Assembly (NCBI GenBank): GCA_037447365.1
Contig: JBBIGU010000001.1
Coordinates: forward strand, 9,670-73,669
Origin: Candidatus Peregrinibacteria bacterium
GTDB lineage: Bacteria; Patescibacteriota; Gracilibacteria; UBA1369; UBA12463
DNA length: 64,000 nucleotides
Direction of reading: 5' to 3'
Numbering within the stretch: the stretch's first letter is position 1; every line of letters begins with the position of its first letter. Made by a program: the position numbers and the translations under genes. This document shows, piece by piece, positions 1 through 9,750 of the stretch. Under the pieces are notes generated by a model. The model was given only the letters and a program-made list of their open reading frames with translations. It was not told the origin of the DNA and made no database searches.

Positions 1-586
1 AGTATGCTCCTTTTGGGCTTGTCGCGTCTTTTTCTGAGGCGGGAATTATTTGGAAGGTTAGTTTGCTATCCATTTTTACCCCTGACCATGAGGTCGTGAG
101 ACTCTGTAGTCCGGTGGCCGTCCAGGTCGTTCCGGGTGCTGGTTGATTGATGACAATTGGTGATGGTTTTGCTGCGATCGTGAATGGTTTTGATGTGTAG
201 AAGATATTTCCTATGCCTGTTTTCCACCCGATCATGTTGAATTTGAATGTGTTCGTGTTGTAGTGTGCCATGTCGACGATCCAGTCGTAGAATCCTTTAT
301 TGTTTATTTCTGATCCGGGTGTTACAGGTACTACAGCTCCAGTTGGTAAGACTAAATACACCGCTATGGTATCAATATTGGTCGAGTTCCATGTGATGCG
401 ATAGGGTTGGCCTTCTTGGAGTACTTCGTTTTCGCTCGGACTCATGACTTCAATGCTGAGGTCAGTGTTCGCTGCCTGTACCGTCGTTCTTGGAAGAAAG
501 GCGAGGAGCATAGCGAATATCACGCCCAATACAAGGGTTGTGGACGCGTTTCTGTTCGCTCTTGGATGATGTTTTTTATCCATCAT
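1..586 (-). CDS. secreted hypothetical protein (partial; 3' part runs off the window edge)
   Basis: Own minus-strand translation. ATG-ATG at 586/583, then an open frame to position 1; absent from the ORF track because there is no stop in the window. The N-terminus MMDKKHHPRANRNASTTLVLGVIFAMLLAFLPRTTVQAAN has a basic n-region, a hydrophobic core and a VQA-A cleavage-like site. Confidence 0.6.
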   Translation of the reverse strand, partial: MMDKKHHPRANRNASTTLVLGVIFAMLLAFLPRTTVQAANTDLSIEVMSPSENEVLQEGQPYRITWNSTNIDTIAVYLVLPTGAVVPVTPGSEINNKGFYDWIVDMAHYNTNTFKFNMIGWKTGIGNIFYTSKPFTIAAKPSPIVINQPAPGTTWTATGLQSLTTSWSGVKMDSKLTFQIIPASEKDATSPKGAY

Positions 587-613
587 GTTTTAAGTATGCG
601 CTATAACAAGCTT

Positions 614-1015
614 CTATGCAATCTCTCCATCTTCCTCTTCCTTTTTGCGAAGCTTGAGGCGTACGAGATTGTTGACGGTGCATGCTCCGCAGGCGCAACC
701 CTGTGATCCATGATTTGTAGAGGTGTTATTTACGGGTGTTGTCGTTGTCGATCCAAGGGTAAACGTTGCATTGCCGCGTTTCTCGTGGTCGTGCCCCGGA
801 ATCTCATTGAACTCTGCTGCTTGCTGTAGGTGTAACTGAAACAGTGCCGTCATTGTCGTGATCAATCGTACGACACCTGCACAGACTTCTATTCTTGTTC
901 TTGGTGGAAAATCCTCAGCATCCCTCAGTTCGCTTGGCATAGTTGATTGCTGAGGTACTCTCACGGTATATACCGTAGTTGCCGGTACGGGACACTTTCC
1001 TGTATCAAGGTCCAT
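614..1015 (-). CDS. hypothetical protein, 133 aa, with a Cys cluster (GCACGAC) near the C-terminus
   Basis: The only sizeable ORF in the 587-1070 gap. It is co-oriented with its neighbours and ends in TAG. I recognise no family. Confidence 0.35.
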   Translation of the reverse strand: MDLDTGKCPVPATTVYTVRVPQQSTMPSELRDAEDFPPRTRIEVCAGVVRLITTMTALFQLHLQQAAEFNEIPGHDHEKRGNATFTLGSTTTTPVNNTSTNHGSQGCACGACTVNNLVRLKLRKKEEEDGEIA

Positions 1016-1070
1016 CGTTATGTCCTGTTACCTAAATAAGGTAATACCTTAGCACGAATTTGAGTATCTA

Positions 1071-1099
1071 AAAAGCCCAGGAGAGTTTCCTGGGCTTTT
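1071..1099 (-). terminator. intrinsic terminator downstream of dnaK
   Basis: AAAAGCCCAGGA-gagtt-TCCTGGGCTTTT: a perfect 12 bp stem with A/T runs on both sides, 22 nt past the dnaK stop. It could work in both directions. Confidence 0.7.
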
Positions 1100-1120
1100 G
1101 GGCATATTATGATATATGAT

Positions 1121-3049
1121 TTATTCCCCCTTCTCATCTACAACCTCACCCTCTACAACATCACCTTTCTTGTTGTTGTCTTTGACCCGAACACCGTCGT
1201 CGGATGAACCTGCATCAGCACCCGCAGCAGCCTGATCCTGACCCATATGCTTGTATAGCTCTGAGCCAACCTTCTGCAGCTCCTCTGACAACGAGTCGTA
1301 TGCGGTCTTCAAGGTTTCCATTGGCGAGTCCTTATTCTCTAATACCTTCTTCAGCTCATCGATCTTCTCCGTAATTGGTTTCATGATGTCATCACCGACT
1401 TTGTCGCCAACTTCTTTCAAGGTCTTCTCAGACTGCAAAACCAACGACTCACTCTTATTGCGCATCTCGATTTCTTCGAGGCGCTTCTTGTCTTCTTCGG
1501 CGTACTGTTCGGCTTCTTTGCGCATCTTTTCGATTTCGGCTTCGGACATGTTGGAGGTGCCGGAGATCGTAATTTTCTGTTCTTTGTTCGTAGCTTTTTC
1601 GATAGCCTTTACGTGGAGAATTCCGTTGGCGTCGATGTCGAAGGTGACTTCAACTTGTGGGACGCCGCGTGGTGCTGGGGGGATACCGTCCAAGTTGAAT
1701 CGGCCGAGGGACTTGTTGTCATGGGCCATTGGGCGTTCACCTTGTAACACATGAACTTCGACGGAAGTCTGGTTGTCGGCTGCGGTGGAGAAGACCTGAG
1801 ACTTGCTGGTAGGAACTGTGGTGTTGCGTTCGATCAATTTCGTCATGACACCGCCGAGCGTCTCGAGACCGAGAGAAAGGGGAGTGACGTCGAGGAGCAA
1901 GATATCTTTGACGTCGCCCATCAACACACCACCTTGGATGGCGGCACCGATCGCGACGACTTCGTCTGGGTTGATACCTTTGTGGGGTTCTTTGCCGAAG
2001 ATTTTCTTTACCATTTCCTGGACGGCTGGCATACGGGTCTGACCACCCACGAGAATCACCTCGTCGATGTCAGAGAGTTTTACGCCGGCGTCTTCGAGTG
2101 CTTTTTTACAAGGACCTTCGGTTCGCTTGATGAGGTCCGCGACAAGGTCTTCGAGCTTGGCGCGGGTGAGCTTCATCTGAAGATGCTTTGGACCGGCGCT
2201 TGTTGAAGTAATATATGGAAGGTTGATTTCTCGCTCCTGGAGCGTAGAAAGTTCGCACTTGGCTTTTTCTGCCTCGTCACGAATACGCTGGAGTGAGAGT
2301 TTGTCGTCTTTCAAATCAATGCCTTCGCTCTTTTTGAACTCACCGAGAATCCAGTTGACGATTGCGTTATCGAAGTCATCACCACCGAGCTGCGTGTCAC
2401 CGTTGGTTGATAATACTTCGAAGACTCCATCACCGAGATCGAGAATCGAGACGTCAAACGTACCACCACCGAGATCGTAGACGGCTACTTTGGAAGCCTT
2501 ATTTTTCTTGTCGAGACCGTACGCGAGTGCGGCTGCAGTTGGTTCGTTGATAATTCGCTTCACATCGAGACCGGCAATTTTACCGGCATCTTTTGTAGCC
2601 TGACGCTGTGAGTCGTTGAAGTAGGCAGGAACCGTAATAACGGCTTCCTTTACCTCTTCTCCGAGGAAGGCTTCGGCATCTGCCTTGAGCTTCTGTAACA
2701 CCATCGCAGAAATTTCTGGTGGTTGTCGGTTTTTGCCATCGAGGACGACATCTGGCTCACCATTTTTTCCTTTTACGACTTTGAAAGAAAACTTGTCGAT
2801 GATTGGTTTTACTTCGTCGTACATACGACCGATCAGACGCTTGGCTGAATAAATCGTGTTGTCTGGGTTCATGACGTTCTGGCGCTTGGCGAGAATACCG
2901 ACGAGACGCTGACCATCTTTTGAGACGGCAACAATGGAAGGTGTGGTTCGCATACCTTCGGTGTTTGGGACGACGACAGGTTCTTGACCCTGCATGACGG
3001 CAACGCAAGAGTTCGTGGTTCCAAGGTCGATTCCAATGATTCGTGACAT
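1121..3049 (-). CDS. dnaK: molecular chaperone DnaK (Hsp70)
   Basis: Canonical [19 protein letters not shown]-terminus plus the [10 protein letters not shown] and [11 protein letters not shown] motifs. I trimmed the start to the ATG at 3049, because the longer track ORF (to 3082) would read through the CIRCE operator. Confidence 0.97.
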   Translation of the reverse strand: MSRIIGIDLGTTNSCVAVMQGQEPVVVPNTEGMRTTPSIVAVSKDGQRLVGILAKRQNVMNPDNTIYSAKRLIGRMYDEVKPIIDKFSFKVVKGKNGEPDVVLDGKNRQPPEISAMVLQKLKADAEAFLGEEVKEAVITVPAYFNDSQRQATKDAGKIAGLDVKRIINEPTAAALAYGLDKKNKASKVAVYDLGGGTFDVSILDLGDGVFEVLSTNGDTQLGGDDFDNAIVNWILGEFKKSEGIDLKDDKLSLQRIRDEAEKAKCELSTLQEREINLPYITSTSAGPKHLQMKLTRAKLEDLVADLIKRTEGPCKKALEDAGVKLSDIDEVILVGGQTRMPAVQEMVKKIFGKEPHKGINPDEVVAIGAAIQGGVLMGDVKDILLLDVTPLSLGLETLGGVMTKLIERNTTVPTSKSQVFSTAADNQTSVEVHVLQGERPMAHDNKSLGRFNLDGIPPAPRGVPQVEVTFDIDANGILHVKAIEKATNKEQKITISGTSNMSEAEIEKMRKEAEQYAEEDKKRLEEIEMRNKSESLVLQSEKTLKEVGDKVGDDIMKPITEKIDELKKVLENKDSPMETLKTAYDSLSEELQKVGSELYKHMGQDQAAAGADAGSSDDGVRVKDNNKKGDVVEGEVVDEKGE

Positions 3050-3071
3050 AGTGTGATTGTAATAATTAAAA

Positions 3072-3098
3072 TTAGCACTCATTATTTTAGAGTGCTAA
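3072..3098 (-). promoter_or_regulatory. CIRCE operator (HrcA binding site) of dnaK
   Basis: TTAGCACTC-N9-GAGTGCTAA, a perfect match to the CIRCE consensus, 23 nt upstream of the dnaK ATG. Confidence 0.9.
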
Positions 3099-3112
3099 TA
3101 GTGTGTCGTCAA
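3084..3112 (-). promoter_or_regulatory. sigma-70-like promoter of dnaK overlapping CIRCE
   Basis: The minus strand reads TTGACG - 17 nt - TAAAAT. The -10 lies in the CIRCE spacer, the same geometry as at groES. Confidence 0.5.
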
Positions 3113-3253
3113 GGGTGATTTTTGAAGCTAAAATTACATATCCCACTCGGTTCGATCATTGATCATGTCTTGAAGAATTCCGTGCCTATCTGCTTCGCGA
3201 AGCAGATGTCGTGCACGATCGGCATCTTTATTCAGATGGTGTTTTGAGTGCCC

Positions 3254-3682
3254 TTAAGCGGCTTCTGCAAGCGTTTCTTTCACTTCTCTACGTGCAGCAT
3301 ATCGTATGTGTCGCATATCGTTTCGTGGATCTGGAATTACTTCAGTTCCAGTCATAACTCGATTGACCGCTGCGAGACCTTCGCTCTTATGACCTTCTTC
3401 GATGAAGATTGTTCGAGTTTTTCTGTCGGCTGAGAATTCAACTCTATACAGGATACCAGCCCGGTTTAGTGCGTCACCGATAGCATCGAAACGAACGGCG
3501 TCTTCAATTTCGCCGTAAAGGTTTGATGTGTGCATAGCAACCATTCCCTGGGGAATAGTGAGAAGAGAGTTGTCTGGATATTCTAATGGCGTGTTCATGA
3601 CTTTGATGGTTATGCGAATGAGTAAATTTGTGCACATTAAAAGTGCAGGTGGCTTTTTACCTGTGAAATGGCTTGTTGTCAA
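3254..3682 (-). CDS. hypothetical protein inserted between grpE and dnaK
   Basis: 142-codon ORF starting 6 nt after the grpE stop. Alternative starts are M16 (3637) and M29 (3598, MNTPLEYPD...). No recognisable family. Confidence 0.55.
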   Translation of the reverse strand: MTTSHFTGKKPPALLMCTNLLIRITIKVMNTPLEYPDNSLLTIPQGMVAMHTSNLYGEIEDAVRFDAIGDALNRAGILYRVEFSADRKTRTIFIEEGHKSEGLAAVNRVMTGTEVIPDPRNDMRHIRYAARREVKETLAEAA

Positions 3683-3688
3683 TGTTTT

Positions 3689-4225
3689 TTATTGGCCGTT
3701 TCCGACGATAACTTTGGCTGGGCGGAGGACTTGGCCAGCTATGAGATAGCCTTTTTCGAACTCTTCGACGACAATACCGTCTGGGCCTGGGGCTGCACTG
3801 AGAACTTCGTGCATGTTTGCATCGAAAGGCTTACCAACGGTTTCTATTGTTTCGACACGGTTTTTTTGGAGGACCGCCTTGAGCTGGCGAGCGATCGCCT
3901 CAACTCCTTCTCGGTGCTGGGGTTCGAGTTCGCTCATGTGTTGAAGTGCGCGATCGAAGTTGTCGATAATCGGAAGGAGATCTTTGAGAATTTCTGCCGT
4001 TCCGTACCATGCGGCTTGTTTGCGCTGTTCTTCGACGAATCGTTTGTAGTTGGACAGATCAGCGAGAGCGCGTCGACAGGTCTCGGTCATCGATGCAAGT
4101 TGTGATTTGAGAAGTTCGATATCGTTTTCTGCCTGCGTGTTTCCCTGTGCGCCTTCATCTGGAATTGGCTGCTGAGGATTTTTTGAATTTTTTGGATCTT
4201 GTGGCTTTTGTGTGTCGTCTGACAT
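3689..4225 (-). CDS. grpE: nucleotide exchange factor GrpE
   Basis: 178 aa. A coiled-coil N-terminal part is followed by a GrpE-like C-terminus (LLPIIDNFDRAL ... FDANMHEVL ... GYLIAGQVLRPAKV). It sits between hrcA and dnaK. Confidence 0.9.
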   Translation of the reverse strand: MSDDTQKPQDPKNSKNPQQPIPDEGAQGNTQAENDIELLKSQLASMTETCRRALADLSNYKRFVEEQRKQAAWYGTAEILKDLLPIIDNFDRALQHMSELEPQHREGVEAIARQLKAVLQKNRVETIETVGKPFDANMHEVLSAAPGPDGIVVEEFEKGYLIAGQVLRPAKVIVGNGQ

Positions 4226-4249
4226 AACGTGAGTATAAAAGAAAATAAT

Positions 4250-4957
4250 TTATTCGATGAGCTTGATGATTTCTTGTACGAGGGCGATGTTGTAGGCGTA
4301 GTCCATGCGAGTTGGGCCGAGGAGTCCGATGAATCCTTCAAAACCTCCGAGTTGATAACGTCCAACAACAATCGAGCATGACTGAATTTGTGGAAGAATA
4401 TTTTCCTGGCCAATGAACGCCTGCGGCGTGTCTTCGATGCCGAGCTGCATGAGCGTGTTGATGAAGTTGTCATCATTTTCGAGAACCTCGACCACTTGTG
4501 ATGTGCGCATCGGATCTTCGATGAACTCTGGTTGTTTCAAAACGTTTGAGAGCCCGAGGAAGAATGTTCGTCGGTTGTCGGGAACGGTTGCGAAGGAAAC
4601 GCTTCCTGTAGAGCGTGCTAATAAGTGCACGGCGTCATACATTTTTTCACGAGCCTTTTCGACGGCGTATTCTTTTTGTACATTGGCGACGATCAGCTGT
4701 GCGCGTTTACGAGCGTCTACGAAATCCGCAATTTCGTCGATGTACTTTCGGTAACCGAGTTCGGTTGGAACACGTCCAGAAGAGGTGTGTGGTTGATAAA
4801 TGAGGCCTTCTTTTTCCAGGGAGGCCATCTCGTTTCGAATCGTTGCCGGTGAGACGTGAAACTTGTAGCTCACGATAATCGTATTCGATCCGACTGGCTC
4901 AGCTGTTGAAATGAAGTGCTGCACAATGGCCTTCAGTACTTGTGTTCGTCTGTCCAT
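4250..4957 (-). CDS. hrcA: heat-inducible transcription repressor HrcA (short form, 235 aa)
   Basis: The N-terminal winged HTH (RTQVLKAIVQHFISTAEPVGSNTI ... VSPATIRNEMASLEKEGLIYQPHTSSGRVPT) is typical of HrcA. The gene is adjacent to grpE, and two CIRCE sites lie in the window. Confidence 0.85.
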   Translation of the reverse strand: MDRRTQVLKAIVQHFISTAEPVGSNTIIVSYKFHVSPATIRNEMASLEKEGLIYQPHTSSGRVPTELGYRKYIDEIADFVDARKRAQLIVANVQKEYAVEKAREKMYDAVHLLARSTGSVSFATVPDNRRTFFLGLSNVLKQPEFIEDPMRTSQVVEVLENDDNFINTLMQLGIEDTPQAFIGQENILPQIQSCSIVVGRYQLGGFEGFIGLLGPTRMDYAYNIALVQEIIKLIE

Positions 4958-4985
4958 AAGAGTTCTTAAGTCAGGTTGCTCTCTC

Positions 4986-6191
4986 TTAGTATTTCTTGGA
5001 TATTGAGAGCGATGATAACGCGATTAGTATAAACATAAATGCCGCTCCATACCAAACTCCATTCATTCCAAAGCTGGAAAGTAGGATAGCGCCGAGAGTT
5101 GGCGCGATAATATAAGCGATTGGATATGACGCGTTATAGATGCCATAAAATCGTTCTTCATCTTCCTGTCGCACAATTTTGAAGAAGAATAATTCTTTGT
5201 TTGGTTCGATGAAGGCGGCTCCAATGTTCACCAAGATCATGAGTTTGATGAGTATGTCCGGTGTGCTCATTGTAAAAAGTAGGAGCGATATACTCAGAAG
5301 TACATATCCCCATATAATATATCTTCGAATGCCGAATTTTTTTGCTCCATCAGTGGCATGAAACTCGAGAAGAACTAGCGGAATCACGCTGAGCGAGATG
5401 ACGAGACCGATAACTGCCTGTGAATATCCTAAATTACTCAGGGCGAGAGGTATGTAGATAGAGCTAATTGACCACCAGAAGAAGAGACCAAATGAGATGA
5501 GAAATGCCTGACGAAGCTCCTTGATTTTTACGTAGTCGCTTACATTTTTCCAGAATGTGAACTCAGAGTTCGGAATAATTTCTTCTTTTTTATGATGAAG
5601 ATGTGGATTTTTTGCGACCAGATTTTGGTGGAAAAAGATTGCGACAAGTATGAGGTAGCATACAGCTGCAAATATAAGAGCTGCCTCGTTTCCGTAGGTT
5701 CTTGCGAGAAGTCCACCGGCCATTGGTCCGATTATCCAGCCAATATTCGTAAAGAGGTAGAAACGTCCTTCGGCGAGTGCTATCTCTTTTTCTTCAGCAT
5801 AATCGTGCACGAAAATTGCGAGAATGATAAAAAAGAGCGTGATGCAAATCACGCGCATGATGTCGATAGCTGCAAAGTTGTAAATGCTTGATGCAAATGA
5901 AAGTCCGACGAAAGCGATGGACAATACACTCAGGATAACTTTTGTAATTGCTACTTTGGAAAATCGCTTGAGGAGGACAGAGCTTGAGAGCGATACAATT
6001 AACGAGATGACGGCAATTCCAGAGTAGTAGTAACCGATGTGAGTATCGTTGTGGAGCTTTTCTGAAAGAATGATTGGGAGCATCGTGAGAAAACTTGCAT
6101 ATCCGATACTCGAAAGCAGCGCCATCCAGGCGAAGATTCGTCCGTCGGGCTGCTTGTGGTGTGTTCCAATTTTTTCAGAAGATACGTGCAT
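4986..6191 (-). CDS. MFS transporter
   Basis: 401 aa with about 12 hydrophobic segments in a 6+6 arrangement and a central loop. Confidence 0.75.
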   Translation of the reverse strand: MHVSSEKIGTHHKQPDGRIFAWMALLSSIGYASFLTMLPIILSEKLHNDTHIGYYYSGIAVISLIVSLSSSVLLKRFSKVAITKVILSVLSIAFVGLSFASSIYNFAAIDIMRVICITLFFIILAIFVHDYAEEKEIALAEGRFYLFTNIGWIIGPMAGGLLARTYGNEAALIFAAVCYLILVAIFFHQNLVAKNPHLHHKKEEIIPNSEFTFWKNVSDYVKIKELRQAFLISFGLFFWWSISSIYIPLALSNLGYSQAVIGLVISLSVIPLVLLEFHATDGAKKFGIRRYIIWGYVLLSISLLLFTMSTPDILIKLMILVNIGAAFIEPNKELFFFKIVRQEDEERFYGIYNASYPIAYIIAPTLGAILLSSFGMNGVWYGAAFMFILIALSSLSISKKY

Positions 6192-6223
6192 GTTCGGGGT
6201 GAGTTGACCCTACTTTAGCTGTT

Positions 6224-7234
6224 TTACAGCTTGCTAGCAATGTATCCTGCGAGGTCGAGAAGGCGGCAGCTGTAACCCCACTCATTGTCGTACCAACCCA
6301 TGACTTTGACCATGTTGCCTCCAGAAACGTTGGTGAGTTTGCTGTCGAAGACACATGATGCCTCGTTGTGAATGATGTCAGATGAGACGATTGGATCGAT
6401 GCAATACTCGAGAAGTCCTTTGTATCGTGGCTCCTGTGATGCTTTTTCGTAAGCGGCGTTGATTTCTTCTTTTGTGACGTCACGTGAGACCTGGCAGACG
6501 AGGTCAACAAGTGATGCGTCGATCACTGGAACTCGGAGTGCGAGACCGTCGAGTTTTCCTTTGAGGTCCGGGATAACTTCACCGATAGCAGATGCTGCAC
6601 CAGTTGTTGTTGGAATGATATTTGATGCTGCTGCGCGGCCTCGTCGTGGGTCTTTGTGTGCGAGGTCGAGAACACGCTGGTCGTTGGTGTATGCGTGAAC
6701 GGTGGTCATCATTCCTTTGACGATACCAAAGTTGTCGTTGAGAATTTTGGCGAGAGGTGCGAGACAGTTGGTCGTGCATGATGCGTTTGAGAAGACGATG
6801 TGTTTTGCTGGATCGAAGTTTTCGTGATCGATTCCGTAAACAAATGTTCCGTCGACGCCTTTTCCTGGAGCGGTAATCATGACACGCTTGGCTCCTGCTG
6901 TGATGTGCTGACCGGCATCATCTTTCTTCGTGAAGACACCAGTTGCTTCGAAGACCATATCGACATTGAGAGAAGCCCAAGGAAGTTTGCTTGGATCTCG
7001 TTCCTGGAAGCATGGAATTTCGGTGCCATTAACAATAATAGATGTTGGAGTTGCCTTGATATCTGCACTGAGTTTTCCGTGAGTTGTGTCGTACTTGAGA
7101 AGGTAGGCGAGTGATTCTGTTCCGTTTGGATCATTGATTGCTACGATATCGACGAGATTCTTTTCGAGATTAGCACGAAAAAGAAGGCGTCCAATTCGAC
7201 CGAAGCCGTTGATCGCTGTACGAAGTCTAGCCAT
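6224..7234 (-). CDS. gap: type I glyceraldehyde-3-phosphate dehydrogenase
   Basis: INGFGRIGR Rossmann N-terminus, the active-site motif SNASCTTNCLAP, and WYDNEWGYS near the C-terminus. Confidence 0.95.
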   Translation of the reverse strand: MARLRTAINGFGRIGRLLFRANLEKNLVDIVAINDPNGTESLAYLLKYDTTHGKLSADIKATPTSIIVNGTEIPCFQERDPSKLPWASLNVDMVFEATGVFTKKDDAGQHITAGAKRVMITAPGKGVDGTFVYGIDHENFDPAKHIVFSNASCTTNCLAPLAKILNDNFGIVKGMMTTVHAYTNDQRVLDLAHKDPRRGRAAASNIIPTTTGAASAIGEVIPDLKGKLDGLALRVPVIDASLVDLVCQVSRDVTKEEINAAYEKASQEPRYKGLLEYCIDPIVSSDIIHNEASCVFDSKLTNVSGGNMVKVMGWYDNEWGYSCRLLDLAGYIASKL

Positions 7235-7366
7235 AAAATGGGTTTTAAAAAATAGTTTTGCGCAAGTGCGCGGGTTTCAAAACGCCATTAGTTTAGAGGA
7301 TTCCATGGGAGAGTCAATGGCCATAGAGTTGTCCTTTTTGGGTATCTTTAGTACAATCCCATCCCA

Positions 7367-7990
7367 ATGAATACATCTATGGAACATCTTGTCGTTGAGG
7401 CTTGTCAGGTCTTGGAAAGTGGGGGAGTTGTCCTTCATCCGACTGAGACGTGTTATGGCTTGGCTGCTGATATCTTTCATGAGGAGGCGGTAGAAAAGGT
7501 ATATAGCTTGAAGGAGATGTCGAGTGATAAGCCGGTGTCGGTGATGGTTCCAAGTTTCGAGCAGGCAGGGGAGTATGGGGTGTTTGATGAGCGCGCGAGC
7601 AAGCTCGCGCGCGCCTTTTGGCCCGGCCCACTCACCCTCATTGTTACGCGCACCCCAAAACTTCCTTCTTATATTAACCCTGGCATCAGTTCTGTCGGTC
7701 TTCGTTGTCCGGGTCACGAGCTCACGCTCGATATTCTTCGTCAGTATGGAAAACCCCTTATCACTACTAGTGCTAACCGAACAGGGGAGCCACAGGCGTA
7801 CGAAGTTGATGACTTTCTCGATGGGCGCACTGAAAATATGATTCCCGACTTCATTGCCGATCTTGGCCGGATTCCCCAAACGCCACCATCAACAATCATT
7901 GACCTGACCGGTGAGTCAGGCGTTCCTATGGTTATTGTTCGACATGGCCCGATTTCTCCAGAACAACTTGAAGCTGTTCTCAAGGCGTAA
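7367..7990 (+). CDS. tsaC: L-threonylcarbamoyladenylate synthase (TsaC/YrdC type)
   Basis: 207 aa with YrdC-domain motifs: HPTETCYGLAAD, GPLTLIV, LRCPGHELT, ITTSANRTGEP. Confidence 0.85.
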   Translation: MNTSMEHLVVEACQVLESGGVVLHPTETCYGLAADIFHEEAVEKVYSLKEMSSDKPVSVMVPSFEQAGEYGVFDERASKLARAFWPGPLTLIVTRTPKLPSYINPGISSVGLRCPGHELTLDILRQYGKPLITTSANRTGEPQAYEVDDFLDGRTENMIPDFIADLGRIPQTPPSTIIDLTGESGVPMVIVRHGPISPEQLEAVLKA

Positions 7991-8076
7991 CTTTTGGCTT
8001 GTATTAGCTATATATTTGACTTTTTTCGTGAAGATGTTAGAATGAGACCTTCTTTTTATATTTTCCATTCTTCTTT

Positions 8077-8481
8077 ATGTCTCTTAATTCAGGTTCCAGC
8101 GCCGCAAATGAAGGTAAGAATATCGTCACTCCTCAAGAGATAGGTGAAGTTTCCCAACTTATTAGACACTGTCCTCCAGCTTCAAATGTTGATGCTGGAA
8201 GAGTGGTTATTACCGTTACGGGCAATGATGACGACATGAGTTTTCGTCGATTTGCTTTTTCCGCTAAGCCTTCTGGTGATAATCAGCATCCTTCGCAAAC
8301 GGTTATTGAGCGTAATGATCGTGGAGGATTTCGAGTCTGGATCGACAAGAATCCACCTATTTTTCTCTATGATTCTACGAATCCAAAAGTTCCAAATACT
8401 TTGTCTTTTGACCAGACTGCCAGGTTGCGTGAATTTATTGCTGGCTATATGAGGGCCGTAGAGCTTGCCGATGTGAGATAA
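8077..8481 (+). CDS. hypothetical protein
   Basis: 134-codon ORF in a gap with no competing ORF. No recognisable family. Confidence 0.55.
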   Translation: MSLNSGSSAANEGKNIVTPQEIGEVSQLIRHCPPASNVDAGRVVITVTGNDDDMSFRRFAFSAKPSGDNQHPSQTVIERNDRGGFRVWIDKNPPIFLYDSTNPKVPNTLSFDQTARLREFIAGYMRAVELADVR

Positions 8482-8658
8482 ATTTATTTACGTGTAGATT
8501 TTTAGGTGAGCCTTCACTCACTGTATACAATTGTTATGCAATAACTAAAAAGTTGTGCAATTTTATCTGTGTAATGCTGTTTTTGATTCTAGGATTCGAA
8601 AAAGCACATAGAATCTCTTTTTGTGTACAGTTTTTGTGCACAGTTTTAGGCAAACGCA

Positions 8659-8687
8659 TTGACGGCTTTGGTCGGCTTCCTTATATT
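8659..8687 (+). promoter_or_regulatory. candidate sigma-70 promoter of rsmH
   Basis: TTGACG - 17 nt - TATATT, ending 36 nt before the TTG start of rsmH. A tandem GTG(T/C)ACAGTTTT repeat at 8623-8647 lies just upstream. Confidence 0.4.
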
Positions 8688-8722
8688 ACTATCCAGTTTA
8701 GAGCACAAAAGTTATACGCACA

Positions 8723-9709
8723 TTGGATACAAGATTTGAACAGCCAGGAAACGAGTTCTTTCATCAGCCAGTTCTTCGACAATCGGTAAAGGAATTTTTG
8801 TCTTTGAAAAGCGGTGATATTGCTGTTGATGCGACACTCGGTTTGGGAGGTCATACGATGGATATGATGGAGGCGGTTGGTCCAAAAGGACACGTCTACT
8901 CATTCGATCAGGATCTCACGCACCTTGAGGTGGCACGTCAGCGGATTACTGAGAAGTTTGGTACAGAAGGTTTGGGTCGCGTTACGCTGATCCATTCTAA
9001 CTTTGTCTCTCTTCAAGAAAAGCTTCTCGAGGCTGGTGTAGACATTGCATCGGTCAATGGAATACTTTTTGATCTTGGTCTTGCGCTTCCTCATCTCACA
9101 CGCAGCGAGCGTGGGTTTTCATTTCAACATGAAGGTCCGCTTGATATGCGAATGAGCCGGGAGTTCACAGCCCTTACTGCCGCGGACGTTCTCAATACGT
9201 ATAGCGAGCATGATCTCGCGGATATCTTCTTCCAATTTGGAGAAGAACGTCTCTCTCGAAAAATCGCAAAAGCGGTCGTAGAGTTTCGTCGTAAGAATCA
9301 GTTCGCTACTACGAAGCAGCTCGAAGATCTCGTTTTTCACGCCTATCCTGCACATCTCCGACACGGCAAATCTCATCCAGCGACACGTGTCTTCCAGGCG
9401 CTTCGTATCGCTGTTAATTCTGAACTTGATGTTTTGGAAAAAGTTTTACCGCAGGCAGTCACTATGCTTGCCCCTCATGGAAAGTTGGTAGCTATCAGTT
9501 ACCACTCTCTCGAGGATCGAATCGTGAAACATTTTCTAAGATCTCAAACTCGGGACTGCATCTGTCCTCCTGAAGTTCTTCGCTGCGAGTGTTCTGCGAC
9601 TCCGGTCTTATCCGTTTTGACCAAGAGTCCTGTCACCCCAACTGACGAAGAAATTGCGGAAAATCCCCGCAGCAGGAGCGCTAAAATGCGCGTTGCCGAA
9701 AAGATCTAG
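8723..9709 (+). CDS. rsmH: 16S rRNA (cytosine1402-N4)-methyltransferase RsmH
   Basis: HQPVLRQSV, DATLGLGGHT, FDLGLA and SYHSLEDRIVK motifs, with the C-terminus NPRSRSAKMRVAEKI. TTG start, TAG stop. Confidence 0.92.
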   Translation: MDTRFEQPGNEFFHQPVLRQSVKEFLSLKSGDIAVDATLGLGGHTMDMMEAVGPKGHVYSFDQDLTHLEVARQRITEKFGTEGLGRVTLIHSNFVSLQEKLLEAGVDIASVNGILFDLGLALPHLTRSERGFSFQHEGPLDMRMSREFTALTAADVLNTYSEHDLADIFFQFGEERLSRKIAKAVVEFRRKNQFATTKQLEDLVFHAYPAHLRHGKSHPATRVFQALRIAVNSELDVLEKVLPQAVTMLAPHGKLVAISYHSLEDRIVKHFLRSQTRDCICPPEVLRCECSATPVLSVLTKSPVTPTDEEIAENPRSRSAKMRVAEKI

Positions 9710-9750
9710 TTCATTCCTCTACCGTTCTACCCCTCACCCTCACCCCTCAC

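Noticed and set aside
407-706. 99-aa plus-strand ORF
   Set aside because: It overlaps the 5' end of the minus-strand secreted-protein gene (signal peptide region) and the next gene. It has no start context or recognisable features.
1251-2550. Several plus-strand track ORFs (1251-1754, 1751-2206, 1803-2042, 2223-2480, 2362-2550) inside dnaK
   Set aside because: They are antisense shadow ORFs within a highly conserved gene, with low-complexity S/F/R-rich translations. The same reasoning applies to the many track ORFs nested in groEL (e.g. 33255-33821, 33951-34433), sufB, sufS, the RNR genes, the 846-aa gene and the S8 protease gene.
3188-3207. Perfect 20 bp palindrome ATCTGCTTCGCGAAGCAGAT between the orphan ORF and the dnaK promoter
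   Set aside because: It could be a terminator for the upstream genes, but no U-tract follows on the minus strand. It also lies within tiny ORFs (18 and 10 codons) that I cannot support. I leave it unassigned.
9707-9709. Possibility that TAG is generally reassigned, which would explain the LCP interruption
   Set aside because: rsmH ends at TAG exactly at its canonical C-terminus (..RSAKMRVAEKI). The frame after that TAG gives only about 30 codons of non-homologous sequence. The anti-sigma gene and the 133-aa ORF also end at TAG.
9710-9750. CCCTCAC-type short direct repeats between rsmH and the FtsL-like gene
   Set aside because: It is a very short low-complexity tract (three partial copies) with no symmetry or known motif.
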